Part shown: positions 63,931 through 64,000 of the stretch, piece after piece
Numbering within the stretch: the first letter of the stretch is position 1
How the letters are laid out: each line of letters begins with the position of its first letter
Assembly (NCBI GenBank): GCA_034780895.1
Contig: JAUZTB010000077.1
Location: forward strand, 7,137,156 to 7,201,155
From: Rhynchobatus australiae
Taxonomy: Eukaryota
Reading direction: 5' to 3'
Length of the DNA: 64,000 bases
The notes under the pieces: generated by a model
What the model was told of the DNA's origin: nothing
Database searches by the model: none
Seen by the model: only the letters and a program-made list of their open reading frames with translations
Program-made: the position numbers and the translations under genes

Positions 63931-64000
63931 CTGCCCAGGAGGCAGATCGGGCCCCACTCATCGGTCGCTGTGCACATGAAATGTTTCAGGTAGACGCTGC

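Overview
Eukaryotic genomic DNA from a draft assembly of a cartilaginous fish. The taxon is inferred from the repeat content (CR1, Penelope, V-SINE/HE1-like, Rex1/Babar, RTE) and a four-module IRBP; it is probably a batoid. Three genes are present. (1) On the minus strand, an anthrax-toxin-receptor-family gene, probably the ANTXRL orthologue. The ORF track does not show it; coding exons 1-9 were reconstructed by hand (32476 down to 3735, ~22.4-kb intron 1, intact MIDAS), and the gene runs off the left edge. (2) On the plus strand, a PRDM8-like ZNF488 with a full PR/SET domain (3 coding exons, 40174-43905, 544 aa). (3) On the minus strand, RBP3/IRBP (4 exons, 59953-50286, ~1219 aa once a false 100-N gap is closed) with a CRX/OTX-type promoter. 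Notable non-coding features: a sharp switch from CpG-depleted to CpG-retaining DNA at ~32 kb, a hairpin- and MRE-core-containing 51-bp minisatellite upstream of ANTXR-like exon 1, a ~315-bp degenerate palindrome in an intron, a Gypsy solo LTR with TSD, and a deleted Gypsy element carrying foreign-looking DNA inside a CR1. I found no wholly new system; the best candidates are gene-evolution and epigenetic observations.
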